64,000 nucleotides of DNA from Burkholderiaceae bacterium (GCA_035628395.1 DASPJX010000204.1:5747-69746); one strand, 5' to 3'. Counted from the stretch's first letter, positions 19,452 through 29,589 are shown. Notes: generated by a model from the sequence alone, not told the origin. Numbers and translations: made by a program.

Positions 19452-21412
19452 GCGGCGGCGCTCGGGCGACCGGGGCGGCGCCGTCCGCGTTCGCCGACGC
19501 GCACCGCGCGCTCGCGATGTTCGCCCACGCGATCGCCGGCCGGCCGCTGCGGCTGGTGCCGAGCGCGCTCGCGCTCGAGTCGCCGCGCCTGCCGCCCCCC
19601 GGCGAGCCCGGCACGATCCGCGTCCCGGGCGCCGACAGCGCCGGCGAGCCGTCGCCGCGGGCGCTGCGCGTCGCGGTGCTGCGGGCGGTCGCGCGCGCGG
19701 ACGACGTCGCGAGCGCGCCGCCGCGACGCCGGGGCGGCGGCCCGCGTCGCGCGGTGCTGCGCGATCGGCTGACCGCGGTGCTCGAGCGGGCCCGGGTCGA
19801 CGCGGCGATCCCGAGGCGATGGCCCGGGGCGGCGGCCGACGTCGAGCGGCTCCGCGCGGCCGCGCTGCGTCGCCTCGAGGGTCCGGCGCCCCGCGGCCCG
19901 GTGCGCGCGCTGCTCGCCGCGCTGGTGGCCGAGTCGCTCGGCGCGCCGCGGCCGACCGGACCCGATCCGCTCGGCCTGCGGGACGCGGTGCTCGACGCGG
20001 TCGCTCCGCTGCGCGCGCCGGGCGCCGCGGCGTCCGACACCGCGCGGGCGGTCGACGGGATCGTCGCGCTGCTCGAGGCCGCGCTGCGGACGCGACCGGC
20101 CGCCGGCGGCGCGACCGTGCGCATCGCCGCGCCGGACGGCGCCTCCGACGCCGACGCGGCGCCCGAGGGCCCGCGGCGCGACGACGGCACGGCCGACCGC
20201 GGGCGCGAGCCGTCCGGCGGGCGGGACGCGCCGCGCGCCGTCGCCGCCGGCGCCGTGGGCGCGCGTGTCGGCGAGGGCGAGGCGCCCGAGGCGGTCACCG
20301 CGGCGATCCCGGCCGGGCGCGACGCGCCGCGCGACCCCGCCCCGCGTGCGCCCGGGAGCGGCGGGGCGCCGCGCGACGCGCGTCCGGCGCCGGGCGGCGT
20401 GCTGCACGACGAGTGGGACTACCGCGCCGGGCGCTTCCTGCGCGCCTGGTGCCGGGTCCACGAGCGCCGGCTGCGCGGCACCGAGACCGGCTTCGCGGAC
20501 GACGTGCGCGCCCGCCATCCCGAGCTCGTCCGCGCGCTGCGCGCGCGCTTCGCGCGGATGCGGCCGACCGGCCGGCTGCGGGTGCGCCGCGTCGGCGACG
20601 GCGACGAGCTCGACCTCGAGGGGCTGGTCGAGGCCGTCGTCGACCGCCGTGCCGGTCGCGCGACCGACGAGCGCCTGTACGTGCGGCGCGACCCGGCGGT
20701 CCGCGACGTCGCGGCCGCGTTCCTCGTCGACATGAGCGCCTCGACCGCGGTCGCCCTGCCCGACCCGGACGCGGCGGCGCGCGCCGCGCCCGCCGCGACG
20801 GCCGCGTGGGTCGACACCGGCGCGCTGCTGTACGGCGCCTACGACGACCCGCCGGACGAGCCGGCGCCGGGTCCGCGGCGGCGCGTCATCGACGTCGCGA
20901 AGGACGCGCTCGCGCTGATGGTCGACGCGCTCGCGACGCTCGGCGACGCGTGCGCGGTGTACGGCTTCTCGGGCGACGGGCGCGACGACGTCGAGTTCCA
21001 CGTCGTGAAGGCGTTCGAGGACGCGTCGTCGGCCTCGACCTGGGCCGCGCTCGCGGCGATCGAGCCGCGCGGCTCGACGCGGATGGGCGCCGCGGTCCGG
21101 CACGCGGCGACCCGGCTCGCGCGACGGCCCGAATCGTGCCGGGTGCTGATCGTGGTGTCCGACGGCTACCCGCAGGACACCGACTACGGCCCCGACCGGC
21201 TCGACGAGGAATACGGGATCCAGGACACCGCGCGCGCGCTGCGCGACCTCGAGCGCGCCGGCATCCGGACGTTCTGCGTGACGATCGACCCGGCCGGGCA
21301 CGACTACCTCCGCCGGATGTGCCCGCCGCGCCGCTACCTCGTCATCGACGACGTGCCGGCGCTGCCCGCCGCGCTCGCCCGCACGTACGCCGAGCTCACC
21401 GGGCGCGGCTGA
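19448..21412 (+). CDS. VWA-domain protein (NorD/CbbO-like partner of the AAA+ ATPase)
   Basis: In-frame part of track ORF 18773..21412. GTG 19448 overlaps the ATPase stop (GTGA). C-terminal VWA domain with [14 protein letters not shown] ... STRMGAA ... [10 protein letters not shown]. Long Ala/Arg/Pro-rich central segment. Confidence 0.75.
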   Translation: MSGGARATGAAPSAFADAHRALAMFAHAIAGRPLRLVPSALALESPRLPPPGEPGTIRVPGADSAGEPSPRALRVAVLRAVARADDVASAPPRRRGGGPRRAVLRDRLTAVLERARVDAAIPRRWPGAAADVERLRAAALRRLEGPAPRGPVRALLAALVAESLGAPRPTGPDPLGLRDAVLDAVAPLRAPGAAASDTARAVDGIVALLEAALRTRPAAGGATVRIAAPDGASDADAAPEGPRRDDGTADRGREPSGGRDAPRAVAAGAVGARVGEGEAPEAVTAAIPAGRDAPRDPAPRAPGSGGAPRDARPAPGGVLHDEWDYRAGRFLRAWCRVHERRLRGTETGFADDVRARHPELVRALRARFARMRPTGRLRVRRVGDGDELDLEGLVEAVVDRRAGRATDERLYVRRDPAVRDVAAAFLVDMSASTAVALPDPDAAARAAPAATAAWVDTGALLYGAYDDPPDEPAPGPRRRVIDVAKDALALMVDALATLGDACAVYGFSGDGRDDVEFHVVKAFEDASSASTWAALAAIEPRGSTRMGAAVRHAATRLARRPESCRVLIVVSDGYPQDTDYGPDRLDEEYGIQDTARALRDLERAGIRTFCVTIDPAGHDYLRRMCPPRRYLVIDDVPALPAALARTYAELTGRG

Positions 21413-21434
21413 CGGGGGCGCGGGACGGCCGCGC

Positions 21435-22874
21435 TCACAGCAGCGGCGACGCGAGCTGCGCCGCGTTCTCCAGCATCCGGCGCCGGAACGGCCGCGCCCG
21501 CCACGCGCCGAGCTCGAGCGGCTCGCAGGCCTCGAGGTAGCGGCGCCCGAGCGCGAGCAGCTCCTCGGCGAACGGCCGGTCGTAGATCAGCATCGACAGC
21601 TCGAAGTTCAGGTGGAAGCTGCGCAGGTCGAAGTTGACCGTGCCGAACACCGACACCTCGCGGTCGATCACCATGCTCTTCGTGTGCAGCAGCCCGCCCC
21701 GGAAGCGCTCGATCCGGACGCCCGCGGTCAGCAGCTCGTCGAAGTACGACGCGCTCGCGTGCTGCACGAGCCGCGAGTCGCTCTGCCAGGGCAGCAGCAG
21801 CACGACCTCCACGCCCCGGCGCGCCGCCGAGCTGAGCGCGCCGACCACCCCCTCGCCGGGCGCGAAGTACGGCGTCGTCAGCACGAGCTCGCGCCGCGCC
21901 GCGTGGATCGCGGTCAGGATCACCGACTCGACGTGCTGGAACGCGAAGCCCGGCCCCGACGGATAGGCCTGCAGCGCCACCGGCCCGGCCACCGGCCCGT
22001 GCCCGACCCGGCGGTCGTCGCGCAGCCGCGGCCCCTCCTGCAGCACCGCCATCGCGTTCGTGACCGCCCCGAGCAGCGCGCAGCTCGGCCCCTGGATGCG
22101 GACCATCGCGTCGATCCACTGGCCGACGCCCGCGTGCCGCTTGAAGTGGCGCGGATCGGCGAGGTTGAAGCTGCCGGTCCAGGCGACGTGGTCGTCGAAC
22201 ACCGCGATCTTGCGGTGGTTGCGCAGGTCCGCGCGCGCGACCGCCATCCGCAGCGCGCTCGCCGGCAGCACCACGACCACCTCGATGCCCGCCGCGCGCA
22301 TCCGGCCGATCGCCCGGCCCTGGACGAACGGCCGGCTGCCGAGCCCGTCCATCAGCGCGAGCACCCTCACGCCGCGCGCGGCCGCGCGGATCAGCGCGTC
22401 GACGAGCTCGTCGACGCGGCCGCCCTCGTGCCAGATGTAGAACTCGAGCGAGCAGCGCTCGACGCAGGCGTCGACGTCCTCGATCAGCCGCCCGAGGATG
22501 CCGTCGGCGTCGTCGAGCAGCTCGACGCGGTGGCCGCGCATCACCGGGATCGCGCCGAGCGACTGCGCGAGGCGCGCGACCGGCTCGCCGACCGGCCCGA
22601 CGTCGGCGGGGTCGAGCCGCGCGTCGGACGCGAGCCGGTCGAAGTGCCGGGCGAGCGCCGCGCGCTCGGCCTCGGCGCGCTCGATCCAGCGCCGGCCGAG
22701 CCGGCGCTCGCCGATCATCACGTAGAGCACGAGCCCGCCGACCGGCACGAGCAGCACCAGCAGGATCCAGGCCATCGACACGCCCGGCGGGTTGCGCCGC
22801 GCGAGGATGCGCAGGGTCACCGCGACGAAGACCGCCGCGTGGGCCAGCGCGAGGAGCAGCACCTGCATCCGCAT
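21435..22874 (-). CDS. cls: Cardiolipin synthase (phospholipase D superfamily)
   Basis: Track ORF of 479 aa with two N-terminal TM helices and two HKD motifs (NHRKIAVFDD and LHTKSMVIDR). Confidence 0.9.
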   Translation of the reverse strand: MRMQVLLLALAHAAVFVAVTLRILARRNPPGVSMAWILLVLLVPVGGLVLYVMIGERRLGRRWIERAEAERAALARHFDRLASDARLDPADVGPVGEPVARLAQSLGAIPVMRGHRVELLDDADGILGRLIEDVDACVERCSLEFYIWHEGGRVDELVDALIRAAARGVRVLALMDGLGSRPFVQGRAIGRMRAAGIEVVVVLPASALRMAVARADLRNHRKIAVFDDHVAWTGSFNLADPRHFKRHAGVGQWIDAMVRIQGPSCALLGAVTNAMAVLQEGPRLRDDRRVGHGPVAGPVALQAYPSGPGFAFQHVESVILTAIHAARRELVLTTPYFAPGEGVVGALSSAARRGVEVVLLLPWQSDSRLVQHASASYFDELLTAGVRIERFRGGLLHTKSMVIDREVSVFGTVNFDLRSFHLNFELSMLIYDRPFAEELLALGRRYLEACEPLELGAWRARPFRRRMLENAAQLASPLL

Positions 22875-22977
22875 CGCGGTGCAGTCTAAGCGAAACGGCC
22901 GGGCGGTTCGACGCGGCCCGACCGTTCCCGGCAGGGGGTCTCGCGACGGGGCCCGCCGCGGGAACGATAATCGGGCG

Positions 22978-23331
22978 ATGGCGAGCGACGGGCATCCCCG
23001 GCACGACGATCGCGGCGCTCCCCCGGCCGGGGGGCACGGCCGCGCCCACCCGCACGGCCGGGGGCGCGGCCACGGCCACGAGCACGGGCACGGGCGCGAC
23101 CTTGGGGACGGTCACGGCCGCGGACATGGCCACGGTCAGGGGCAAGGTCACGAGCACGGGCGTGGTCACGAGCCCGAACGTGGTCACGAGCCCGGGCGTG
23201 GTCAGGAGCACGGGCATGGTCACGACCACGGCCACGACTACGGTCACGGTCACGACCACGGCCACCCTGGCCACGACCACGGCCACGGCCTGCTCGGCGC
23301 GCACGTCCACGCGCCGCCCGACACCCACGGC
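22978..23331 (+). repeat. Low-complexity His/Gly(/Asp/Glu/Arg)-rich coding repeat (GHGH-type) forming the CDF N-terminal tail
   Basis: I count 31 His in the first 117 residues (for example GHGHEHGHG, GHGHDHGHDYGHGHDHGHPGHDHGHG). The DNA shows reiterated cacggc/cacgac/ggtcac units. Confidence 0.85.
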
Positions 23332-24219
23332 CGCGCGTTCCTCCTCGGCATCCTGCTGAACGCCGGCTTCGTGCTCCTCGAGGTCGTCGCCGGGCTGTGG
23401 TCGGGCTCGCTCGCGCTGCTGTCCGATGCCGGCCACAACCTCGGCGACGTGCTCGGGCTGGCGCTCGCCTGGGCCGGCGCCTGGGCGTCGGCGCGCGCGC
23501 CGACCGCGCGCTACACCTGGGGCTGGCGGCGGGCCGCGCTGCTCGCGGCGCTGGCCAACGCGGCGCTGCTGGTCGCCGCGGTCGGCGCGATCGCCTGGGA
23601 GGCGGTCGGGCGGCTGGGCGATCCGTCGCCGGTCGACGGCGCCGTCGTGATCGGCGTCGCGGCCGCCGGCATCGCGGTCAACGGATTCACCGCCTGGCTG
23701 TTCGTGCGCGGCCGCGACGACGTGAACGTGCGCGGCGCGTTCCTGCACATGGTCGCCGACGCGGCCGTGTCGGCGGGCGTGGTCGTCGCCGGCCTCGTCG
23801 TCGCGCTCACCGGCTGGCGGATCGTCGATCCGCTGATCGGCCTCGCGATCGCCGCGCTGGTCGGCTGGAGCACGGTGTCGCTCGGCCGGCAGGCGCTCGC
23901 GCTCGCGCTGGACGCGGTGCCGCCCGGCATCGACCCCGGCGAGGTCGACCGCGCGCTGCGCGGGCTGCCGGGCGTCGACGGCCTGCACGACCTGCACGTC
24001 TGGCCGCTCGGCACGCGCGGCGCGGCGATGAGCGCCCACCTCGAGATGCGGACCGCCCCGGGCGACGGCTTCCTCGCCGACGCCCGCGCGCTGCTCGCCG
24101 CCCGCTTCGGCATCGAGCACGTCACGCTGCAGGTGGAGACCGGCGCGGGCTGCCCGCAGGACTGCGCCCGCCCGCGCGAAGCCGCCGTCGCGCGGCGCCG
24201 GGACGTCGCGCGGCGCTAG
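22978..24219 (+). CDS. Cation diffusion facilitator (CzcD/ZitB-like) metal efflux transporter with an extended His-rich N-terminus
   Basis: In-frame part of track ORF 22792..24219, starting at ATG 22978. CDF signatures GSLALLSDAGHNLGDV and FLHMVADAAVS, plus a C-terminal cytoplasmic domain (HDLHVWPL). The portion upstream of 22978 overlaps the cls 5' end. Confidence 0.85.
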   Translation: MASDGHPRHDDRGAPPAGGHGRAHPHGRGRGHGHEHGHGRDLGDGHGRGHGHGQGQGHEHGRGHEPERGHEPGRGQEHGHGHDHGHDYGHGHDHGHPGHDHGHGLLGAHVHAPPDTHGRAFLLGILLNAGFVLLEVVAGLWSGSLALLSDAGHNLGDVLGLALAWAGAWASARAPTARYTWGWRRAALLAALANAALLVAAVGAIAWEAVGRLGDPSPVDGAVVIGVAAAGIAVNGFTAWLFVRGRDDVNVRGAFLHMVADAAVSAGVVVAGLVVALTGWRIVDPLIGLAIAALVGWSTVSLGRQALALALDAVPPGIDPGEVDRALRGLPGVDGLHDLHVWPLGTRGAAMSAHLEMRTAPGDGFLADARALLAARFGIEHVTLQVETGAGCPQDCARPREAAVARRRDVARR

Positions 24220-26396
24220 GAGGTCGCGCGCCGCCGGCCGACCGAGCGCGAGATCGCGCGGACCAGGTCGGACGGCGAGCAGGGCTTGGGCAGCACCTCG
24301 AAGCCGTCGGCGAGCGCGCTCTCCAGCTGCGGCGCGTGCCCGGTCATCAGCACCACCGGCAGCTCGGGCAGCCGCTCCCGGAGCGCCCGCGCGAGCGCCA
24401 GCCCGTCGACCGGGCCGGGCATCATCACGTCGGAGAGCACCACGTCCCAGCGCTCCGGCTCGGCCGTCACCCGCTCGAGCGCCCGCTCGCCGTCGGCCGC
24501 GCTCTCGACGACGCAGCCGGCGTCCTCGAGCAGCCGGCGCGTCGTGTCGGCGACCTCGGGGTTGTCCTCGACCAGCATCACCGTCGCCCGGACCGACGGC
24601 GGCGGCACCGGACCGGCCTCCGCCGGCCGTTCCGGCGCGGCGCCCGCCTCGGGCAGGTACATCGTGACGACGGTCCCCCGGCCCGGCTCGCTCGACACCT
24701 GCACGGTGCCGCCCGACTGCGTCGCGAAGCCGTAGACCTGCGCGAGCCCGAGACCGGTGCCCTGCCCGGCGGGCTTCGTCGTGAAGAACGGCTCGAACAC
24801 GCGGTCGAGCACGTCGGGCGGGATGCCCTGGCCGGTGTCCGCGATCGCGACCGCGACGAAGGGCCCGCCGCCGTCGGGCAGGCCCTCGGGCGCGACCACC
24901 CGCCGGGCGGACAGCCGCACGGTCCCGCCGGCCGGCATCGCGTCGCGGGCGTTCACCGCGAGGTTCAGCACCGCGAGCTCGAACTCGTCGCGGTCGACCT
25001 CGATCGCGGCGACGTCGGGCGCGACCTCCGACTCGACCGTCACCGAGGAGCCGACGACCGTGCGGACCAGCCCGGCGATCTCGGCCATGGTCGCCGCCAT
25101 CGGCAGCGGCGCCGGCTGCAGCGGCTGGCGCCGGGCGAAGCTGAGCAGCTGCCGGGTGAGCTTGGTGCCGGCCGACACGGCGCGCCGGATCGCGTCGAGC
25201 CGGGGCTGCGCCGACGCGGCGTCGCCGATGCGCCGCAGCAGGAACACGTTGTTGCTGATCACCATCAGCAGGTTGTTGAAGTCGTGCGCGACGTTGCCGG
25301 TGATCCGCCCGAGCGCCTCCAGCTTCTGGCCCTGGCGCAGCGCCTCCTCGGCGCGGACCCGGTGCTCGGCCTCGGTGCGGAAGCCGTCGAGCGCGGCCTG
25401 CTCGCGCACCGCGCGCCGCGCCGCGGTCGAGGACGTGACCGCGAGCCAGACCGCGAGCGGCAGCACGAACGCCCCGAGCAGCGCCACCTGCCGCTGCCAG
25501 GCCGCGAGCACGACGTCGCGCGGCAGGCTCGCCGCCACCCAGACCGGCAGGTCGGCGACCTGCCGGAACGCGACCTTCCGGTCCCGGCCGTCGATCGAGG
25601 ACCGGCCCTCGCTGGTCCCCGCGCGCAGGCCCTCCTCCATCCGGGCGAGCAGCTCGCTGTCCGGTCCCAGCCGCGTGTCGAGCGCCGGGGGCTCGGGCCA
25701 GCGGGCGAGCAGCCAGCCGTCGCGGCGCACGAGCGCGACGGTGAGCCCGGGCTCGCGGCGCGTCAGGTCCTCGTAGAACTTCGTGAAGTAGGCCGGGAAC
25801 AGCGAGACCGAGACCACGCCGCCGAAGCGGCCGTCGGCCATCGAGCGCCGGCGGGTGAAGTCGATGAACGGCTCCCCGGTCGAGCGGCTGATCAGCGGGC
25901 GGCTGACGAACCACGCGTCGCCGGCGTTGTCGCGCGCCCACGCGAAGTATTCCCGGTCGGCGACGCCGAGCGTGCGCGGCGGGCTCGCGAAGCGCGAGCT
26001 CGCGAGCGGCCGGCCCTCGACGTCCCACAGCCAGACCGACTGGAACTGGCCGAGCCCGCGGGTCAGCCCGACCATCAGCCGGTGCAGGTCGGCCTCGGCC
26101 GCCCGGAGCCGCTCGTCCGGCAGGTCGCCGGCCTCCTGCAGCACCGAGCGCGCGATCACCTCGTTGGTCTCGAACACGCGGGCGGCGTGCTCCTGCCCGA
26201 TCCGGGCGGCGCGCTCGAGCCGCTCGTCCGCCTCGGCGAAGGTCGAGCGGTAGCTGACCGCGCAGGCGACCGCGAACAGCAGCGCCGGCACCACCCACGC
26301 GGCGAGCACGGCGGCCCGCGACCACCGGACGGCGGCGGCGGCCTCGTCGATGGCCCGTCGGAACTGCAGGTTGTACGAGGACCAGCGATGGGGCAC
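24216..26396 (-). CDS. Hybrid sensor histidine kinase/response regulator (two TM helices, large periplasmic domain, HisKA-HATPase-REC)
   Basis: Track ORF 24216..26657. H-box GNVAHDFNNLL, N/G boxes LAVNARDAM, DTGQGI and GTGLGL, and receiver VMLVEDN...VVLSDVMMPG...LPKP. I place the start at GTG 26396, just before TM1 (AAVLAAWVVPALLFAV). The upstream 87 codons are R/P/G-rich. The start is uncertain. Confidence 0.8.
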   Translation of the reverse strand: MPHRWSSYNLQFRRAIDEAAAAVRWSRAAVLAAWVVPALLFAVACAVSYRSTFAEADERLERAARIGQEHAARVFETNEVIARSVLQEAGDLPDERLRAAEADLHRLMVGLTRGLGQFQSVWLWDVEGRPLASSRFASPPRTLGVADREYFAWARDNAGDAWFVSRPLISRSTGEPFIDFTRRRSMADGRFGGVVSVSLFPAYFTKFYEDLTRREPGLTVALVRRDGWLLARWPEPPALDTRLGPDSELLARMEEGLRAGTSEGRSSIDGRDRKVAFRQVADLPVWVAASLPRDVVLAAWQRQVALLGAFVLPLAVWLAVTSSTAARRAVREQAALDGFRTEAEHRVRAEEALRQGQKLEALGRITGNVAHDFNNLLMVISNNVFLLRRIGDAASAQPRLDAIRRAVSAGTKLTRQLLSFARRQPLQPAPLPMAATMAEIAGLVRTVVGSSVTVESEVAPDVAAIEVDRDEFELAVLNLAVNARDAMPAGGTVRLSARRVVAPEGLPDGGGPFVAVAIADTGQGIPPDVLDRVFEPFFTTKPAGQGTGLGLAQVYGFATQSGGTVQVSSEPGRGTVVTMYLPEAGAAPERPAEAGPVPPPSVRATVMLVEDNPEVADTTRRLLEDAGCVVESAADGERALERVTAEPERWDVVLSDVMMPGPVDGLALARALRERLPELPVVLMTGHAPQLESALADGFEVLPKPCSPSDLVRAISRSVGRRRATS

Positions 26397-26717
26397 GGCG
26401 ACGACGCGGTAGGCGGGGCGGCACGCCGGGACACGGGGCACGGCCCGCCGCGGCGGGCGGACGCACCCCGACGGACGTCGGCGCGCCCCGGTTCGGATCG
26501 CCGGTCCTGCGGACCGAGCGAGGCCGTGATTGTGCCCCGAAAAGGCCCGGCCGCGGGCGAAGACCGCATCGGGCGATCGCCCGTCCGCCTCCCTCCGGCG
26601 GGGGCCCGGCGGCCCGTCCGGGCGGGCCGCCCGCCACGACTGCGGACCGGTCCGCACGGGCCGTCCGCGGCGAACCGGGTGCTATCCTCGGCCGATCCCG
26701 GCCCTGTCACGACCTCG

Positions 26718-28031
26718 ATGGACCTGCTGCTGCTGCTGCTCCTCATCCTGCTGAACGCGCTGTTCGCGATGTCGGAGATGGCCGTGGTGTCCTCCCGCAA
26801 GGCCCGGCTGCAGCGGATGGCCGACGACGGGTTCCCCGGATCCCGCTCGGCGATGGGGCTGAACGAGGAGCCGTCGGCGTTCCTCTCGACGATCCAGGTC
26901 GGCATCACCTCGATCGGCATCCTGAGCGGGGTGGTCGGCGAGGGGCTGATCGCCGTCCCGATCCAGGCGTGGCTGTCGAACTTCCCCCCGATCGCGCCGT
27001 ACGCCGAAGGCCTGTCGGTCGCGCTCGCCGTCGTGCTGATCACCTACCTGTCGGTCGTGGTCGGCGAGCTCGTGCCCAAGCAGCTCGCGCTGCTCGCGCC
27101 GGAACGGATCGCCTCGGTCGTCGCCCGTCCGATGGTCTGGATCGCGCGGGTCACCCGCCCGCTCGTCTGGGCGCTGTCCTCGTCGAGCAACCTGATCCTG
27201 CGGCTGTTCGGCGCGCGCCGCACCGACGAGCCGCCGGTCACCGACGACGAGATCAAGGTGCTGATGGAACAGGGCGCCGAGGCCGGCGTCTTCCACCAGA
27301 GCGAGCAGGCGATCGTCTCGAACGTGCTGCGGCTCGACGAGCAGCGCATCGGCGCGATCATGACGCCGCGGATGGACATCTACGCGGTCGACCTCGACGA
27401 CGGCGACGACGCGGTCCGCGACCGGATCGCCGACAGCCCGCACTCGCGCATGGTCGTCTGCCGCGGCGGGCTCGAGCGCATCCTCGGCGTGCTGCGGGTC
27501 GGCGACCTGCTCAAGTCGGCGCTCGCCGGCGGTCCGCTCGACGTCGAGCGGCACCTGTCGCCGCCGCTGTTCGTGCCCGAGTCGATCAGCACCACCCAGC
27601 TCCTCGAGAGCTTCCGGCGCGAGCGCGTGCAGTTCGCGCTGATCGTCGACGAGTACGGCGACCTGCAGGGGCTGGTGTCGCTGACCGACGTGCTGACCTC
27701 GATCGTCGGCGAGCTGCCCGAGCACGACGAGGGCGGCGACACCGACGTCGTGCAGCGCGAGGACGGCTCGTGGCTGGTCGACGGCTCGACCGGCCTCGAG
27801 CGGCTGAAGGCCGTCCTCGAGATCGACGAGCTGCCCGACGAGGACGAGCACGGGTTCCACACGGTGGGCGGCTTCGCGATGCACCGGCTCGGCCGGATCC
27901 CGACCGTGGCCGACTACTTCGAGGCGGCGGGCTTCCGCTTCGAGGTGGTCGACATGGACCGCAACCGCGTCGACAAGATGCTCGTGGCCCGGCTGCCCGA
28001 CCCGCAGCCGGTGCCGATCGACGAGCCCTGA
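26718..28031 (+). CDS. HlyC/CorC-family transporter (DUF21 membrane domain + CBS pair + CorC_HlyC domain)
   Basis: Last 437 codons of track ORF 23397..28031, starting MDLLLLLLLILLNALFAMSEMAVVSSRKARL, then GELVPKQLAL and IVDEYGDLQGLVSLTDVL. Confidence 0.9.
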   Translation: MDLLLLLLLILLNALFAMSEMAVVSSRKARLQRMADDGFPGSRSAMGLNEEPSAFLSTIQVGITSIGILSGVVGEGLIAVPIQAWLSNFPPIAPYAEGLSVALAVVLITYLSVVVGELVPKQLALLAPERIASVVARPMVWIARVTRPLVWALSSSSNLILRLFGARRTDEPPVTDDEIKVLMEQGAEAGVFHQSEQAIVSNVLRLDEQRIGAIMTPRMDIYAVDLDDGDDAVRDRIADSPHSRMVVCRGGLERILGVLRVGDLLKSALAGGPLDVERHLSPPLFVPESISTTQLLESFRRERVQFALIVDEYGDLQGLVSLTDVLTSIVGELPEHDEGGDTDVVQREDGSWLVDGSTGLERLKAVLEIDELPDEDEHGFHTVGGFAMHRLGRIPTVADYFEAAGFRFEVVDMDRNRVDKMLVARLPDPQPVPIDEP

Positions 28032-28144
28032 CCGGTCCGCCGCGCGTGCCGGAAGCCGGCGCGCCGCGGCGCCTCGCGCCCGGTGCGAGGCCGTATGATC
28101 CCCGCGTCGCGGGCCCCGGGGCCCGCCAGCCAAGGAACGTCCGA

Positions 28145-29107
28145 ATGATCCCCTCGTCCGCCGTCCGCCGCGCGCTCGCCGGCCTGCTCGTCGCGTTCGC
28201 CGCCGCCTCGCCGGCGCTCGCCCAGATCGACACGCTGAAGGTGATGATCGGGGCGAACCCCGGCGGCGGCTACGACCAGACCGGCCGCGGCATCGCCGCC
28301 GCGATGCAGGCGGCCGGAGCGGTGCGCGCGGTCACCTTCGAGAACCGCGGCGGCGCCGGCGGCACGATCGGGCTCGCGCAGTTCGTCAACACCGAGAAGG
28401 GCAACCCGAACGCGCTGGTGGTGACCGGCGCGGTGATGGTCGGCGCGATCGAGACCGCCCGGCCGCCGGTCACGCTGCGCAACGCGACCCCGATCGCGCG
28501 GCTCTTCGCCGACACGCTGGTCGTGGTCGTGCCGGCCGCCTCGAAGATCCGCTCGATGTCCGAGCTGGTCGCGCAGATGAAGGCGGCGCCCGGCTCGGTC
28601 TCCTGGGGCGGCGGCTCGCGCGGCTCGGTCGACCACATCCTCGTCGGGCTGGTCGCGCAGGCGGCCGGCGTCGAGCCGACGAAGGCCAACTACATCCCGT
28701 TCGCCGGCGGCGGCGAGGCGCTCGCCGCGATCCTCGGCGGGCAGGTGAGCGTCGGCGTGGCCGGGCTGTCGGAGTTCCTGCCCTACGTGAAGGACGGCCG
28801 CATGCGCGCGCTCGCGGTGTCGTCGCCCGCGCCGGTGCAGGGGATCCCGACGCTGCGCGAGCAGGGGCTGGCGGTCGAGATGCAGAACTGGCGCGGCGTC
28901 TACGGCGCGCCCGGCATCACGCCCGAGCAGCAGAAGGCGCTCGTCGACGCGGTGGTCCGCGGCACGCAGACCCCGCAGTGGAAGGAGACGCTCGCGAAGA
29001 ACGAGTGGACGCCCGTGCTGCTGACCGGCGCCGAGTTCGGCGCGTACGTCGAGTCGGAGTCGAAGCGCATCGGCGGCATCCTGCGCGAGCTGGGGATGGC
29101 GAAGTGA
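28145..29107 (+). CDS. tctC: Tripartite tricarboxylate transporter substrate-binding protein (Bug family)
   Basis: In-frame part of track ORF 26969..29107, starting at ATG 28145. Signal peptide [26 protein letters not shown]. Followed by tctB and tctA with overlapping starts. Confidence 0.85.
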   Translation: MIPSSAVRRALAGLLVAFAAASPALAQIDTLKVMIGANPGGGYDQTGRGIAAAMQAAGAVRAVTFENRGGAGGTIGLAQFVNTEKGNPNALVVTGAVMVGAIETARPPVTLRNATPIARLFADTLVVVVPAASKIRSMSELVAQMKAAPGSVSWGGGSRGSVDHILVGLVAQAAGVEPTKANYIPFAGGGEALAAILGGQVSVGVAGLSEFLPYVKDGRMRALAVSSPAPVQGIPTLREQGLAVEMQNWRGVYGAPGITPEQQKALVDAVVRGTQTPQWKETLAKNEWTPVLLTGAEFGAYVESESKRIGGILRELGMAK

Positions 29108-29589
29108 GAGCCGGGGCGCGCGCCGGCGTCGCCGTCGGCGCGGCCGTGACGGCGGCGGCGGGCGCGATGGCGCTCGGGCTGGCGTCGATCGACGACGCGG
29201 GCGGCTACGCCGGGCTCTCGCCGCGCTTCCTGCCGTCGCTGGTCGTCGCCGGGCTCGCGGCGCTCGGCGTCGCGATCGTCGTCTCGGCGCTGCGCGGCCG
29301 CTTCGTCGCCGGCCCGGACGACGCGTCCGGCGACGCGCCGCCCTCGCCCACCGCGCGGCGCGACCTCGCCTGGGTGCTCGGCGGGCTGCTGCTGCACCTG
29401 GCCTCGATCGGCACGATCGGGTTCGTGGCCGCGGGCACGCTGCTCTGGACCTGCGTGGCGCGCGGCTGGGGCAGCCGCCGCCCGCTGCGCGACGCGGCCG
29501 TCGCGCTCGCGGTCACGCTGCCGACGTGGGCGGTGTTCGCCCTGGGGCTCGGCGTGTCGCTGCCGCTGGTGCCGCTGCTCGCCCGATGA
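29104..29589 (+). CDS. tctB: Tripartite tricarboxylate transporter small membrane subunit
   Basis: In-frame part of track ORF 28978..29589. GTG 29104 overlaps the tctC stop (GTGA). About 160 aa and hydrophobic (4 predicted TM). The position between tctC and tctA supports the call. Confidence 0.7.
   Translation: MRAGARAGVAVGAAVTAAAGAMALGLASIDDAGGYAGLSPRFLPSLVVAGLAALGVAIVVSALRGRFVAGPDDASGDAPPSPTARRDLAWVLGGLLLHLASIGTIGFVAAGTLLWTCVARGWGSRRPLRDAAVALAVTLPTWAVFALGLGVSLPLVPLLAR

Noticed and set aside
18600-21412. Naming the AAA+/VWA pair norQ/norD or cbbQ/cbbO.
   Set aside because: The family assignment is solid, but no norCB, nirS/K or cbbLS genes are present in the window. I therefore give no functional gene symbols and treat the client as unknown.
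21334-26637. 1767-aa minus-strand ORF spanning the cls, CDF and kinase region.
   Set aside because: It is out of frame with the real minus-strand genes (cls 21435..22874 and the kinase 24216..26396) and antisense to the CDF gene. It has a low-complexity R/A/G/P composition. It is a GC-driven artefact.
24216-26657. Upstream extensions implied by longest-ORF starts: kinase to 26657, prfC ORF to 19331, dgoK to 52518, otsA to 42897, the PNPOx-family gene to 63238, guaC to 35035, and the CDF to 22792.
   Set aside because: The extensions are R/P/G/A-rich, overlap neighbouring genes or promoters, and precede well-conserved family N-termini that have their own start codons and Shine-Dalgarno sequences. 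I chose internal starts and note the uncertainty.
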